Assembly: GCA_965204535.1 (NCBI GenBank)
Contig: OZ241996.1
Coordinates: forward strand, 96,001 to 160,000
Source: a bacterium
GTDB taxonomy: Bacteria; UBA8248
Direction: 5' to 3'
Length of the DNA: 64,000 nucleotides
Shown: positions 1-10,043 of the stretch, piece by piece
Position numbering within the stretch: position 1 is the first letter of the stretch
Layout: the number at the start of each line of letters is the position of its first letter
Translations under genes and position numbers: made by a program
The notes under the pieces: model-generated
Databases searched by the model: none
Told to the model about the DNA's origin: nothing
The model's input: only the letters and a program-made list of their open reading frames with translations

Positions 1-224
1 GCGCTTACCGTTTTCACGGCGAGATAGAATGCCGCAAACCGGGCATGCACGGCGTGTCGGTGCGCGCGCTGCCCCACCACCGGCATCTCATCCATCCGCT
101 CAGCCTGCACCTGTTGACCTGGGGCTAGCCCCGGCGCGCCCAAAAGCGTATTTCAGGTTTTTCCCCGCTCCTGATAGACTGTTCGTGATGCAGGAAGATC
201 CGCAGGCTCGGAGGAAAATACTTC

Positions 225-539
225 ATGGACGACAAAAAATCATTCATCGTCGAAATCGGCCAGGGGGGAAGAGTCCGCCTCCCCAAGGATGTCATGAAAT
301 CCCTGGGCGCCGGGCCCGGGAATCAGATCCGCTTCGAGATCGGGGATGATGCCGTGCGGATTCTGCGGCACCACATCAAAGACCCGTTCGCCGAAGCGGC
401 CCAGAAGAAGACGCCCGACATCCAGGATTTGATGAGTCAACAGGCGGCCAGAAGAAAAGAGGCGGCCGACCTGTTCGAGAAGGGGATGCAGGAAAAACAC
501 GAAATCAGACCCGAAGACCGGGAGGATTTCTGGCGATAG
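225..539 (+). CDS. AbrB/MazE/SpoVT-family DNA-binding domain protein
   Basis: N-terminal IGQGGRVRLPKDVMKSLGAGPGNQIRF matches the swapped-hairpin AbrB pattern; GGAGG RBS upstream. Confidence 0.75.
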   Translation: MDDKKSFIVEIGQGGRVRLPKDVMKSLGAGPGNQIRFEIGDDAVRILRHHIKDPFAEAAQKKTPDIQDLMSQQAARRKEAADLFEKGMQEKHEIRPEDREDFWR

Positions 540-578
540 CGGCGAAAGGCAGGTAAAGCAACACCGCTGCGGAACCCT

Positions 579-2477
579 CTACAAATTGAACCCTTCCTCG
601 AAGCGGATGTTGGCCGCCTGCCTGAGTTTTTCCAGATACTGATTGAAGACCATCGCCCTTTTCAGGCGAAGCAGGCCCTGGCGGAAATCGGCTTTTTCCG
701 ACTCGAACTTCTCCATGTCGGTCTGCGGCTTTTCCAACACCTCGAACAATACCACGTCACTCCCGGATTGGGCCATTCCGAACTCGCCCTGTTTGAGGTC
801 AAACGCGAGGTTCGACAACTCCGGGGAGCGACCGAGCTCGTCGGGAACGTCCGCACGCTTGAAGGCTTCGGGCTTGAGGACTTCGAGGCTGAGTTCCCCG
901 GCGATAGACGCAAGGCCGCGCTTTTTATCCTTGAGCTCCTGAAGCCAGAGCGCCGCTTTTCGTTTCGCAACCTCCGCACCCTTCAAGCGCAGGAACGATG
1001 CCTCCACCTGTTTGCGCACCGCCGGGAACTCGGGAACGAAAGGCTCCCTTTTCGCTTCGAGGCGGACGAAATTGACGCCCCCGTCCCCTTCCCGCTCCCT
1101 GGATATCTTCTCCTCGCCGCTCAGACCGAAGGCAAGCTCGCTCACGACGCCGGATGCAGGCACCGTTTGCGAAAGGCGGCCTCTCTCAAAGAACCCGGTT
1201 TTCCCCTTTTGCAGTCCGGCGAGGGCAGGCTCTGCTTTCTTGTCCTCCACCGCGTAGCGGATTTTTCTCAATTCATTCTTCGCCCGCTCTCTGGCGCGCA
1301 GGGCCCGCAAATCCTTTTCCACTTCTTCCCGGACTTCTTCGAACGGCTTCGCGCCGGGCAAGACCTTATCCCGCACCCACAGCAGGTGCATCCCGAATGA
1401 AGTCTTCACCGGCTCGCTCACCTCGCCTTTCTTCAGGCGATACGCCACCTGCTCCAGCTCGGGCAGCATCTGGCCCCTGCCGAAAACACCGAGGTCGCCC
1501 CCGCGCTCCGCCCCCGGACCTTCCGAGTGCGCCTTGGCCAGTTCGGTGAATTTCTCGCCCTTCAAGACGCGCTCGCGCAGCGCATCGAGACGCTTCCGGG
1601 CCGCATCCACCTGCTCTTTTTTCGCGTTGGGAGAAAGTTTCACCAGAATCTGATTGACCGACACGCTCTCCTTGCGCTCATGTTTCGCGCGGGTGCGCGT
1701 GTAGTGCGACCTCAAGTCTGCATCGCTGAGTTCGACCTCTTTCGCCACTGCGGAAAACGGGAGATGCCACCAGGATACCTGCCGCTGGGGGCCGGTCTTG
1801 AATTGTTCTTTATTCTTATCGTAATGGGCTTTGAGATCGGTTTCGAGTTTTGGCACATCCGCGGAGAAGGCCTCCGGCTTCAGGTGAACGGCGGCCAATT
1901 TGATTTCATCGTTTCTCCACTCATAAGCGCCCCGCGTTTCCTGCTCGCTCACCAGCACGCCCAGGCTCACGTAGTCGCGAAGCTGGCCGAGCAGAACGAC
2001 CCGCCGCTGATCCTCCTCGAACTGGCGGGGGGTGATGCCGTTCGACTCCAGGATGCTGCGATATCGCCCGGCGTCGAATCTCCCGTCTCTCTGAAACGGC
2101 GCGAGCGTCTGTATCTGGAGGGCGACTTGCGCGTCGGTGACCAGGATGCCGAGCCGCCGGGCTTCGCGCAGCTGAAGTTTCTCCAGTATGAGAGAATCGA
2201 GCGTCTGGCGCCTCAGACCGAGCTGGCGTGCGAGTTCTTCGTTATAGGCGGCGCCCAGTTGCCGCCTGAGCCTTTCCGCCTGCTGATAGTAGCGTTGCTC
2301 GAACTCATGTATCGAAATGGGCGTATCGCCCACCCAGGCCGCAATCCGGCCGCCCCCGGAATCGGCCGGCCTGTCCGTGAGCGCAAATCCGCCGAAAGAC
2401 ACGAACGTGAGCGCTACGAAGCCGAGCAGCGCCTTGAGGACCCAGCTTTTTCCCTTTTCCCTCAAAAAGCGAAGCAT
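579..2477 (-). CDS. ppiD: PpiD/SurA-family periplasmic chaperone / parvulin PPIase
   Basis: MLRFLREKGKSWVLK plus N-terminal TM anchor, SurA_N-like helical region, parvulin motif FTELAKAHSEG..GGDLG..GQM..EPVKTSFGMH; start moved to ATG 2477 behind AAGGAGAG RBS. Confidence 0.9.
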   Translation of the reverse strand: MLRFLREKGKSWVLKALLGFVALTFVSFGGFALTDRPADSGGGRIAAWVGDTPISIHEFEQRYYQQAERLRRQLGAAYNEELARQLGLRRQTLDSLILEKLQLREARRLGILVTDAQVALQIQTLAPFQRDGRFDAGRYRSILESNGITPRQFEEDQRRVVLLGQLRDYVSLGVLVSEQETRGAYEWRNDEIKLAAVHLKPEAFSADVPKLETDLKAHYDKNKEQFKTGPQRQVSWWHLPFSAVAKEVELSDADLRSHYTRTRAKHERKESVSVNQILVKLSPNAKKEQVDAARKRLDALRERVLKGEKFTELAKAHSEGPGAERGGDLGVFGRGQMLPELEQVAYRLKKGEVSEPVKTSFGMHLLWVRDKVLPGAKPFEEVREEVEKDLRALRARERAKNELRKIRYAVEDKKAEPALAGLQKGKTGFFERGRLSQTVPASGVVSELAFGLSGEEKISREREGDGGVNFVRLEAKREPFVPEFPAVRKQVEASFLRLKGAEVAKRKAALWLQELKDKKRGLASIAGELSLEVLKPEAFKRADVPDELGRSPELSNLAFDLKQGEFGMAQSGSDVVLFEVLEKPQTDMEKFESEKADFRQGLLRLKRAMVFNQYLEKLRQAANIRFEEGFNL

Positions 2478-2721
2478 CAATGTGGCTCTCCTTCCAAATC
2501 GGCCGACCATGGGGTCGCCCGCGATTGCAGCGGCAAACAAATGAGAAAATAGCCCACCTCTCGTGTCATCGCAAACCGGATGAGGCGATTTTTGCGGCCT
2601 CCGCCTGCAACCCAACGGAATTTTCCTCGAATAGAGGCGCTTCCACCTTTGAAATTGGGGCTTTCCTTGATTTTTCTCACCTGGAGTGTAATCATAATGC
2701 GGAATACCGCCCAGGGTATGA

Positions 2722-3780
<1,059 letters not shown>

Positions 3781-3861
3781 CCGATATACTTCACCACAGT
3801 CACGGACACTGCCCACAATAGCGCTGTCGCGCGCATTTCTGGAAGCAAACCCTAGAATACT

Positions 3862-4695
3862 ATGTTTCAGTTTCTCGTCGAACGCAGAAGTTTAGCACTC
3901 CTCATCGGGTTGTTTGTCATCTGCTTCTCGCTTATGACGCTCAGTGTACGCTTTCGAGGTCAATCCACCTTGATGGAAAGAGCGCTTCTCTCTCTCGTCG
4001 GTTCGGCCATCCGGGTCGCCGAGATACCCAGAAAATGGTCGACCGATCTCTGGAAACAATACCAACTCATCAGAAATGCACATGAAGAAAACATCGCGTT
4101 GAAGCGAAAACTGCAAACGCTCACTGCGAATCATGCGCAGATACAGGAATTGAAACTGGAAATCGCGCGCCTCGAGAAACTACTCGGTGCATCACAGAAT
4201 CTGGAGGCGCCCGTTCGGCTCGCCCGGATTGTGGCTCGCAACAAGAGCATTTACGGGGAATCCTTCCTGCTGGACCTCGGGTCACGAGACGGCGTCCACA
4301 AGAACATGCCGGTCATGCACCAGGCGGGACTCGTGGGAAGAATTTCTCGCGTGGGGAACAACGTGAGCCAGGTTTTGGCTCTGCTCGATTCGAGAAGCGC
4401 CGTCAACGTCATCGCCCAGCGCACGCGCGCGCAAGGGGTCTTCGCCATTTCCTCGGCAGGAGAAAGCGAGGTGCGCTATATGCCGCTCCACGTGGAAATG
4501 AAGCCCGGAGACCACCTCATTTCCTCCGGGTTGGGGGGAATCTTCCCGAAAGGACTCCCCGTCGCCCATATAACGGAAATTACGGACGTCAGGGGATTGT
4601 TCCCGAAAATAAAGGCCAAGGCGATTGTGGATTTTTCAAATCTGGAAGAGGTCATGATCCTGATGACCAAGCCTAAGGAAAATCCCTGGAAATGA
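3862..4695 (+). CDS. mreC: Rod shape-determining protein MreC
   Basis: TM, coiled coil, GLVGRI and SSGLGGIFPKGLPV; follows mreB. Confidence 0.95.
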   Translation: MFQFLVERRSLALLIGLFVICFSLMTLSVRFRGQSTLMERALLSLVGSAIRVAEIPRKWSTDLWKQYQLIRNAHEENIALKRKLQTLTANHAQIQELKLEIARLEKLLGASQNLEAPVRLARIVARNKSIYGESFLLDLGSRDGVHKNMPVMHQAGLVGRISRVGNNVSQVLALLDSRSAVNVIAQRTRAQGVFAISSAGESEVRYMPLHVEMKPGDHLISSGLGGIFPKGLPVAHITEITDVRGLFPKIKAKAIVDFSNLEEVMILMTKPKENPWK

Positions 4696-5213
4696 TTGTT
4701 TTATTTTATATTATTCTCATCATCCTGACAATCGTCCTGCATACGTCGGTGGCGGATTATTTCTCAATCTGGGTTCACGCCAGGCCAGACGCCATTCTGC
4801 TGACGACCGTTTTCCTGGGTTTGCATCGTGACAGGGAGACGGGACTCATCGGAGGATTCAGCCTTGGAATTGTTGAAGACGTCCTCTCCGGAGGCTTGCT
4901 GGGTTTCAACGCGCTCCTCAAAGGACTAATTGGTCATTATACCGGCGGCCTGAAACCCAGCATGACGTCGCGTTTCATCGCGTTTCACTGCACTGTTGTG
5001 CTTTTCGCTTCGCTATTCAACATTCTGTTCTCTTTTCTTCTGGTAAAAATCTTTCTGCCCTCTCAATTTTTGACAGTCGGTTATTGGATAGACGCCATCA
5101 AGACGGCAGGTCTTAACGTCGCTTTGGCGCCGTTCGTCATCAGCCTTCTGGGAAAGATAGAGGAAAAGGTGCTACCATCCGAAGCGGACACGCCATACCC
5201 GGAGCGATCCTGA
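4692..5213 (+). CDS. mreD: Rod shape-determining protein MreD
   Basis: Hydrophobic 173 aa with PD..L and G...D..SGGLLG; ATGA overlap with mreC. Confidence 0.9.
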   Translation: MIVLFYIILIILTIVLHTSVADYFSIWVHARPDAILLTTVFLGLHRDRETGLIGGFSLGIVEDVLSGGLLGFNALLKGLIGHYTGGLKPSMTSRFIAFHCTVVLFASLFNILFSFLLVKIFLPSQFLTVGYWIDAIKTAGLNVALAPFVISLLGKIEEKVLPSEADTPYPERS

Positions 5214-5214
5214 G

Positions 5215-7116
5215 ATGAAAGATTTGCAACTCAATTCCAACCGCACGACGAGCGATGCGCTCAAGCGGCGTGTCGTCTTTTTCGGGATCTTTTTCGGCCT
5301 GGTCCTGTTCGTCTTGTTCGTGAGACTCTGGAACCTTCAAGTAATCCAGGGCGCAAAATTTCGGGCCCTCTCGGAAGACAACCGGATCGCTTACCGACTC
5401 GTGCAAAGCCCAAGGGGCATGGTGTTCGACTCGCAAGGAGAACTGCTTGCGGACAACCGCGCCTCGTTCAACATTTATCTGATCCGCGAAAATGTGAAAA
5501 AACTGCAACAGACCATTCGGCTGCTGGCTGAAATCACGGAACAACCTTTTGAGGAACTCTACAGAAGAACACGGGATGCGAATCCCTTCCGGCCGTTTCT
5601 GATCAAGGCGGACATCAGCCGTAAAACCATGGCCTTTCTCGAAGAACACAAGCCCGATTATCCGGGCGTATTCGTTCAAGTGACGCCGCTCAGGCAATAC
5701 CCCTCAAGTGAGGAGGCAAGCCACCTTCTGGGTTATATGGGAGAGATCAGCAACCGTCAGTTGCAACGGCTGAAGAAACGAAACTACCGGCAGGGGGATA
5801 TGCTCGGTCAATACGGAGTAGAGAGAACCCAGGAAAAATTTCTGCGTGGGCAAAGCGGCTTCAAGCAAGTGGAGGTAGACGCCTACGGAAGAGAACTGCG
5901 CGTCGTCCGCCCGTTTGTGGAAAAACCCGGGAACAACGTCTATCTGACGATTGATATGGAACTTCAGAAAAAAGCGGAGGAGTTGTTCGAAGCGCATGAG
6001 GGCAGCATCGTCATTCTCGACCCCTCGGACGGTGCGATTCTGGCCATGGTGAGCAAGCCGTCTTTCAATCCGAACATCTTCGCCAGCGGCATCGACGCCA
6101 AAAGCTGGAAAGACCTCATGAAAGATCCGTTGAAACCACTCGAGAACCGGGCGATTCGAGGGCAATACCCCCCCGGTTCGATTTTCAAAATCGTAATGGG
6201 CTTTGCGATTCTGAACGAGAAAATCGCGCGTTCGGATGAAAAAATACGCTGCCACGGCTCGTTTCCATTCGGGAAAAAAATATTTCGCGACTGGAAAAAA
6301 GGAGGGCACGGGCCGATAGCCTTCATCCAATCCATGGCCCAAAGTTGCGACGTCTACTACTACACGAACGGCCACAAGCTGGGCATCAAGAGAATCGCGC
6401 ATTACGCGCGCATGTTCGGCCTGGGTTCACCCACCGGGTTCGGAGCCGCCGAAAAAGGGGGGATCGTGCCCTCAGATGCCTGGAAGCGCCGCAGATTCAA
6501 GGAAAGATGGTATGAAGGCGAGACGATCAGCGTATCCATCGGCCAGGGCTTTAATCTCATCACTCCCATGCAGGCCGCCAACCTCATCGCCACCGTGGCG
6601 AACGGCGGACATCTGAGGAAACCCTACGTCGTGAAAAAAGTGCTGAGTCCCCGCGGGAAGACACTCTTCGAGTCCAGCCCCCAACTCATTCGCAAAATTC
6701 CCATATCCCCAAAAATTTTCCTGAAAGTTCGAGAAGGGCTCAAAGAAGTCGTTCATGGCAAAAAGGGCACAGGGAAAAAAGCCCGGGTGCCGGGTATCGT
6801 TGTGGCGGGAAAGACGGGCACCGCCCAGACAGTCGACCTGAAATATACGGGCCGCAAGAAAAAACCCGAAGATTTGCCTCGAAAATTCAGGGACCATAGC
6901 TGGTTCGTCGCATTCGCCCCCTACGAAAACCCCTCCATCGCCATCGCCATTTTGGGAGAAAATGTCGGTAGGCCGGGGTCTTTCTTCGCTCCATACGCGA
7001 GAGAGTTGATTTCATTTTATCTCGAGAAAAACGAGCGGCAAATTCTGGCTTCGAGCGAAACCCCTGAAGATAAACGGCTCTCCGCGAACAACCGGGCTCC
7101 GGGAAATCGCAGATGA
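5215..7116 (+). CDS. mrdA: Penicillin-binding protein 2
   Basis: SxxK (PGSIFK), SCD and KTG motifs; rod operon position. Confidence 0.96.
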   Translation: MKDLQLNSNRTTSDALKRRVVFFGIFFGLVLFVLFVRLWNLQVIQGAKFRALSEDNRIAYRLVQSPRGMVFDSQGELLADNRASFNIYLIRENVKKLQQTIRLLAEITEQPFEELYRRTRDANPFRPFLIKADISRKTMAFLEEHKPDYPGVFVQVTPLRQYPSSEEASHLLGYMGEISNRQLQRLKKRNYRQGDMLGQYGVERTQEKFLRGQSGFKQVEVDAYGRELRVVRPFVEKPGNNVYLTIDMELQKKAEELFEAHEGSIVILDPSDGAILAMVSKPSFNPNIFASGIDAKSWKDLMKDPLKPLENRAIRGQYPPGSIFKIVMGFAILNEKIARSDEKIRCHGSFPFGKKIFRDWKKGGHGPIAFIQSMAQSCDVYYYTNGHKLGIKRIAHYARMFGLGSPTGFGAAEKGGIVPSDAWKRRRFKERWYEGETISVSIGQGFNLITPMQAANLIATVANGGHLRKPYVVKKVLSPRGKTLFESSPQLIRKIPISPKIFLKVREGLKEVVHGKKGTGKKARVPGIVVAGKTGTAQTVDLKYTGRKKKPEDLPRKFRDHSWFVAFAPYENPSIAIAILGENVGRPGSFFAPYARELISFYLEKNERQILASSETPEDKRLSANNRAPGNRR

Positions 7117-8255
7117 CGGGCATCGCTGCTTCTCGATCTTCCCCCTTCCGGCGAGCCGTCTCGCAGATGGATTGGCTGCTCGTTCTGGCCACGGTATTGC
7201 TCAGCTTGACGGGCATCTACATGATCTACAGCGCCATTCATTCCAACCCCGTTTTCCTGAAAAATTCCCTGCACCTCAGACAAGCGCTGTGGTCATCCAT
7301 TGGATTATGCGTGCTGCTCTTCATCCTCTTTTTCGATTACCACTTCTTTACGCGATGGGCCTATTTGTTTTACGCCCTCGTCATCGTTCTGCTCATCGCC
7401 GTCCTCTTCACAGGACAAGTGGTCGGCGGCTCGAAACGCTGGCTGGTTTTCGGCCCCTTGCGACTGCAACCCTCCGAGCTTGCGCGTCTGGCGGTCATCC
7501 TCGTGCTGGCCAGATATTTCGGCTCCCGCGAAGAAGAAGAGCCCATGGGCTTCAAGGAACTCATTCCGGCGCTTTTGCTGGTGCTCGCGCCCGTGCTGCT
7601 GATTGTCCGACAACCCGATTTGGGCACCGGTCTCACGGTTTTCCTGATAGCGGGAGTCATGGCTCTCGCCGTTGGCGTCAAGCGAAGAGTCCTCATCACC
7701 ATCGGAACCGCGGCGGTCGCGTGCGCCCCCCTGGGCTGGTTGTTTCTCAAGGAATATCAACGCCGCCGAATTTTGACGCTTTTCAACCCCGACGCCGACC
7801 CCCTCGGCGCCGGCTACCAGAGCATGCAAAGCATCATCGCCGTCGGCAGCGGAGAAATATGGGGCAAAGGACTTCTCCAGGGAACCCAGAGCAGGCTCCA
7901 TTTCCTGCCGGAGAAACACACCGATTTCATTTTCTCCGTCCTGAGTGAAGAACTGGGTTTTATCGGCAGCATCACGGTGTTGGCGTTGTTCTTCATTTTC
8001 ATTCTGCGGTGTCTGATCACGGCGCTGAACGCCGCTGACAAGGAGGGCGCCCTGCTCGCCATAGGCATTACCACGGCGTTTTTCCTCTACGTCATCTTCA
8101 ATATCGGGATGACGCTCGGTTTGATGCCCATCGTCGGAATCCCGCTTCCCCTGGTCAGCTACGGGGGGAGCGCCTCTATTTCTTCTTTCATCGCAATCGG
8201 CCTGGTCTTGAACGTCGGCGTGAGGAGGAAAAGCCTCTCTTCCATGTTCAGCTAA
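7113..8255 (+). CDS. rodA: Rod shape-determining protein RodA (SEDS family)
   Basis: QPSE, QPDLGT, LPEKHTDFIF, PLVSYGGS motifs. Confidence 0.96.
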   Translation: MTGIAASRSSPFRRAVSQMDWLLVLATVLLSLTGIYMIYSAIHSNPVFLKNSLHLRQALWSSIGLCVLLFILFFDYHFFTRWAYLFYALVIVLLIAVLFTGQVVGGSKRWLVFGPLRLQPSELARLAVILVLARYFGSREEEEPMGFKELIPALLLVLAPVLLIVRQPDLGTGLTVFLIAGVMALAVGVKRRVLITIGTAAVACAPLGWLFLKEYQRRRILTLFNPDADPLGAGYQSMQSIIAVGSGEIWGKGLLQGTQSRLHFLPEKHTDFIFSVLSEELGFIGSITVLALFFIFILRCLITALNAADKEGALLAIGITTAFFLYVIFNIGMTLGLMPIVGIPLPLVSYGGSASISSFIAIGLVLNVGVRRKSLSSMFS

Positions 8256-8261
8256 CCTCCC

Positions 8262-9725
8262 CTATTCCCCGTATTCCCTCTCTCCCGGGGGCGGAGACGC
8301 AAAACTGTTCCCGATTGCGATGACGGCGTCGCGCCCGCCGTGCCGCTCGACCAGCGCCGCCTGCTCCGCTTTTGCGCGCCTGTCCACCTCATCGGGGTCG
8401 AGGATGTCGAAAAGCCGCGCTTTCAGGTCTGTGAGAACAGCCTGATGGGCAGGGCTTCGGGAGAGGTCGCGGCGTTCTTCGGGGTCGTTCTCCAGATCGA
8501 AGAGTTCGGGCTCGTGTCCCGCGTAGTGGATATACTTGTAGCGTCCACGACGAATCATGAACAATCCCGTCTTGGCGCCGAGCGCGTGGAATTCACTGAA
8601 AATCTCACGCTCGGGCTCATCGGGTTCGTTCGCGATGCGGAACAGGGAGTCGCCATGCAGCCGCGCTTCCTCATCGCTTTCAAGCAAACCCGCGCAATCG
8701 AGCGCCGTGGGATACAGGTCGATGAGTGAGACCGGCGTCCGCGATACCTTGCCCCCCGGAAGGTCGGGGCCGGAGACGATGAGAGGCACGGCGACGGACT
8801 CCTCATACATCGTGGATTTTCCCCAAAGGCCGCGCTCGCCCAGGTTGTCTCCATGATCGCTGGCGAAGAGCACCCTCGTATTGTCCCTGAAACCCGATTC
8901 CTCCAGGGTTTTCACGATTTTTCCGACGTTCGAATCCACAAAGCTGACCATGGCGAAATATGACGCGAGAGCGACCCGCCGCCTGTGGTCGTCAAAATAA
9001 TCGTCGTACGGAGCACATTCGTGAAGCGCCCCAATCCAGGGATGCCAGTCGTAACCGCCCGAAGGGTGCGGCCTGGGCAGCGGGATGTCTTCGAGCGGGT
9101 AGAGGTCGTAAAACTCGGGCGGCCCGATGAAGGGAAAATGCGGGCATGTGAGGGAGACGAACAACGCCCATGGCGGCTCACCATCTCCAGCCGCTTGCCC
9201 GGCTATCCATTCACAGGCCAAATCGGTGACTTGTCCGTCATAGGCGATATATTTGGAGTCTCCCGGCCCGATGCGCTCGGCCATCCACTCCGGATTGTTC
9301 CTTGGCGGCAGGCCCTTCTCGTCCCGTACCGCGCTGTGGATATCGCCCACTCCCCCTTTGGGCAGATGCAGGGGGATGAGCTGCTCGTCGAAGCCGACGG
9401 GAACCTCGGCGTTCCGGTAATGGAGCTTGCCGACCGAGGTGGTTCTCACCCCGGCGTCCTGAAGCCGGTGGCCCCAACTCGGGGGCTCTCCCTCGTAGGG
9501 GTGGGCATTGTCCCAGGCGCTTATTTCATGCACGTACTTCCCCGTGGCGAAACTCGCGCGGGCCGGCACGCAGATGGGGCAGTTCGTATATGCGCTCTCG
9601 AAGCGCGTGCCCGAAGCAGCGAGCGCATCGATGTTCGGCGTCTTGACGATTGGATGCCCATAGCACCCCATGATCTTCCGGGTGTGCTCATCGTCCATCA
9701 AGAGCAAGAAATTCATCGGTTCCAT
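8262..9725 (-). CDS. Cys-type formylglycine-dependent sulfatase (choline-sulfatase-like)
   Basis: NFLLLMDDEH, CVPAR (CxPxR), GKLH, SDHGD, ELFDLENDPEE; no signal peptide. Confidence 0.88.
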   Translation of the reverse strand: MEPMNFLLLMDDEHTRKIMGCYGHPIVKTPNIDALAASGTRFESAYTNCPICVPARASFATGKYVHEISAWDNAHPYEGEPPSWGHRLQDAGVRTTSVGKLHYRNAEVPVGFDEQLIPLHLPKGGVGDIHSAVRDEKGLPPRNNPEWMAERIGPGDSKYIAYDGQVTDLACEWIAGQAAGDGEPPWALFVSLTCPHFPFIGPPEFYDLYPLEDIPLPRPHPSGGYDWHPWIGALHECAPYDDYFDDHRRRVALASYFAMVSFVDSNVGKIVKTLEESGFRDNTRVLFASDHGDNLGERGLWGKSTMYEESVAVPLIVSGPDLPGGKVSRTPVSLIDLYPTALDCAGLLESDEEARLHGDSLFRIANEPDEPEREIFSEFHALGAKTGLFMIRRGRYKYIHYAGHEPELFDLENDPEERRDLSRSPAHQAVLTDLKARLFDILDPDEVDRRAKAEQAALVERHGGRDAVIAIGNSFASPPPGEREYGE

Positions 9726-10043
9726 CTATGAGACTCCCTGAATGGATTAGAAATGATTAAGAATTCGCAAAATCATATCCCCAAATACACCGAATTGGAA
9801 AATACCCCCTCTCCCGAATTACGGCGAAGCCCTCTCACTCATTTTGGCCATCGACACGCGCGGCCATGCGTCTTCAAACGAGACGGCTCAGGTATGCGGA
9901 TTTACCCCGGTTGCCAATTCCTTCGGTTTCCGTCATTATAAGAGATTGGTTCGCCCAGACCCCCAATAGGCGAAGGTCGGGGACCTGAAAGATGTATATA
10001 TGCCTCACCGCATATGGCGAGAGGCTTTAACAGGTTGATTACA

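Noticed and set aside
1-90. Minus-strand frame reading ACPVCGILSRRENGKR, resembling a YacG-like zinc finger
   Set aside because: No in-frame start codon after the upstream TGA stops, and truncated by the window edge; a different frame could be the real gene start
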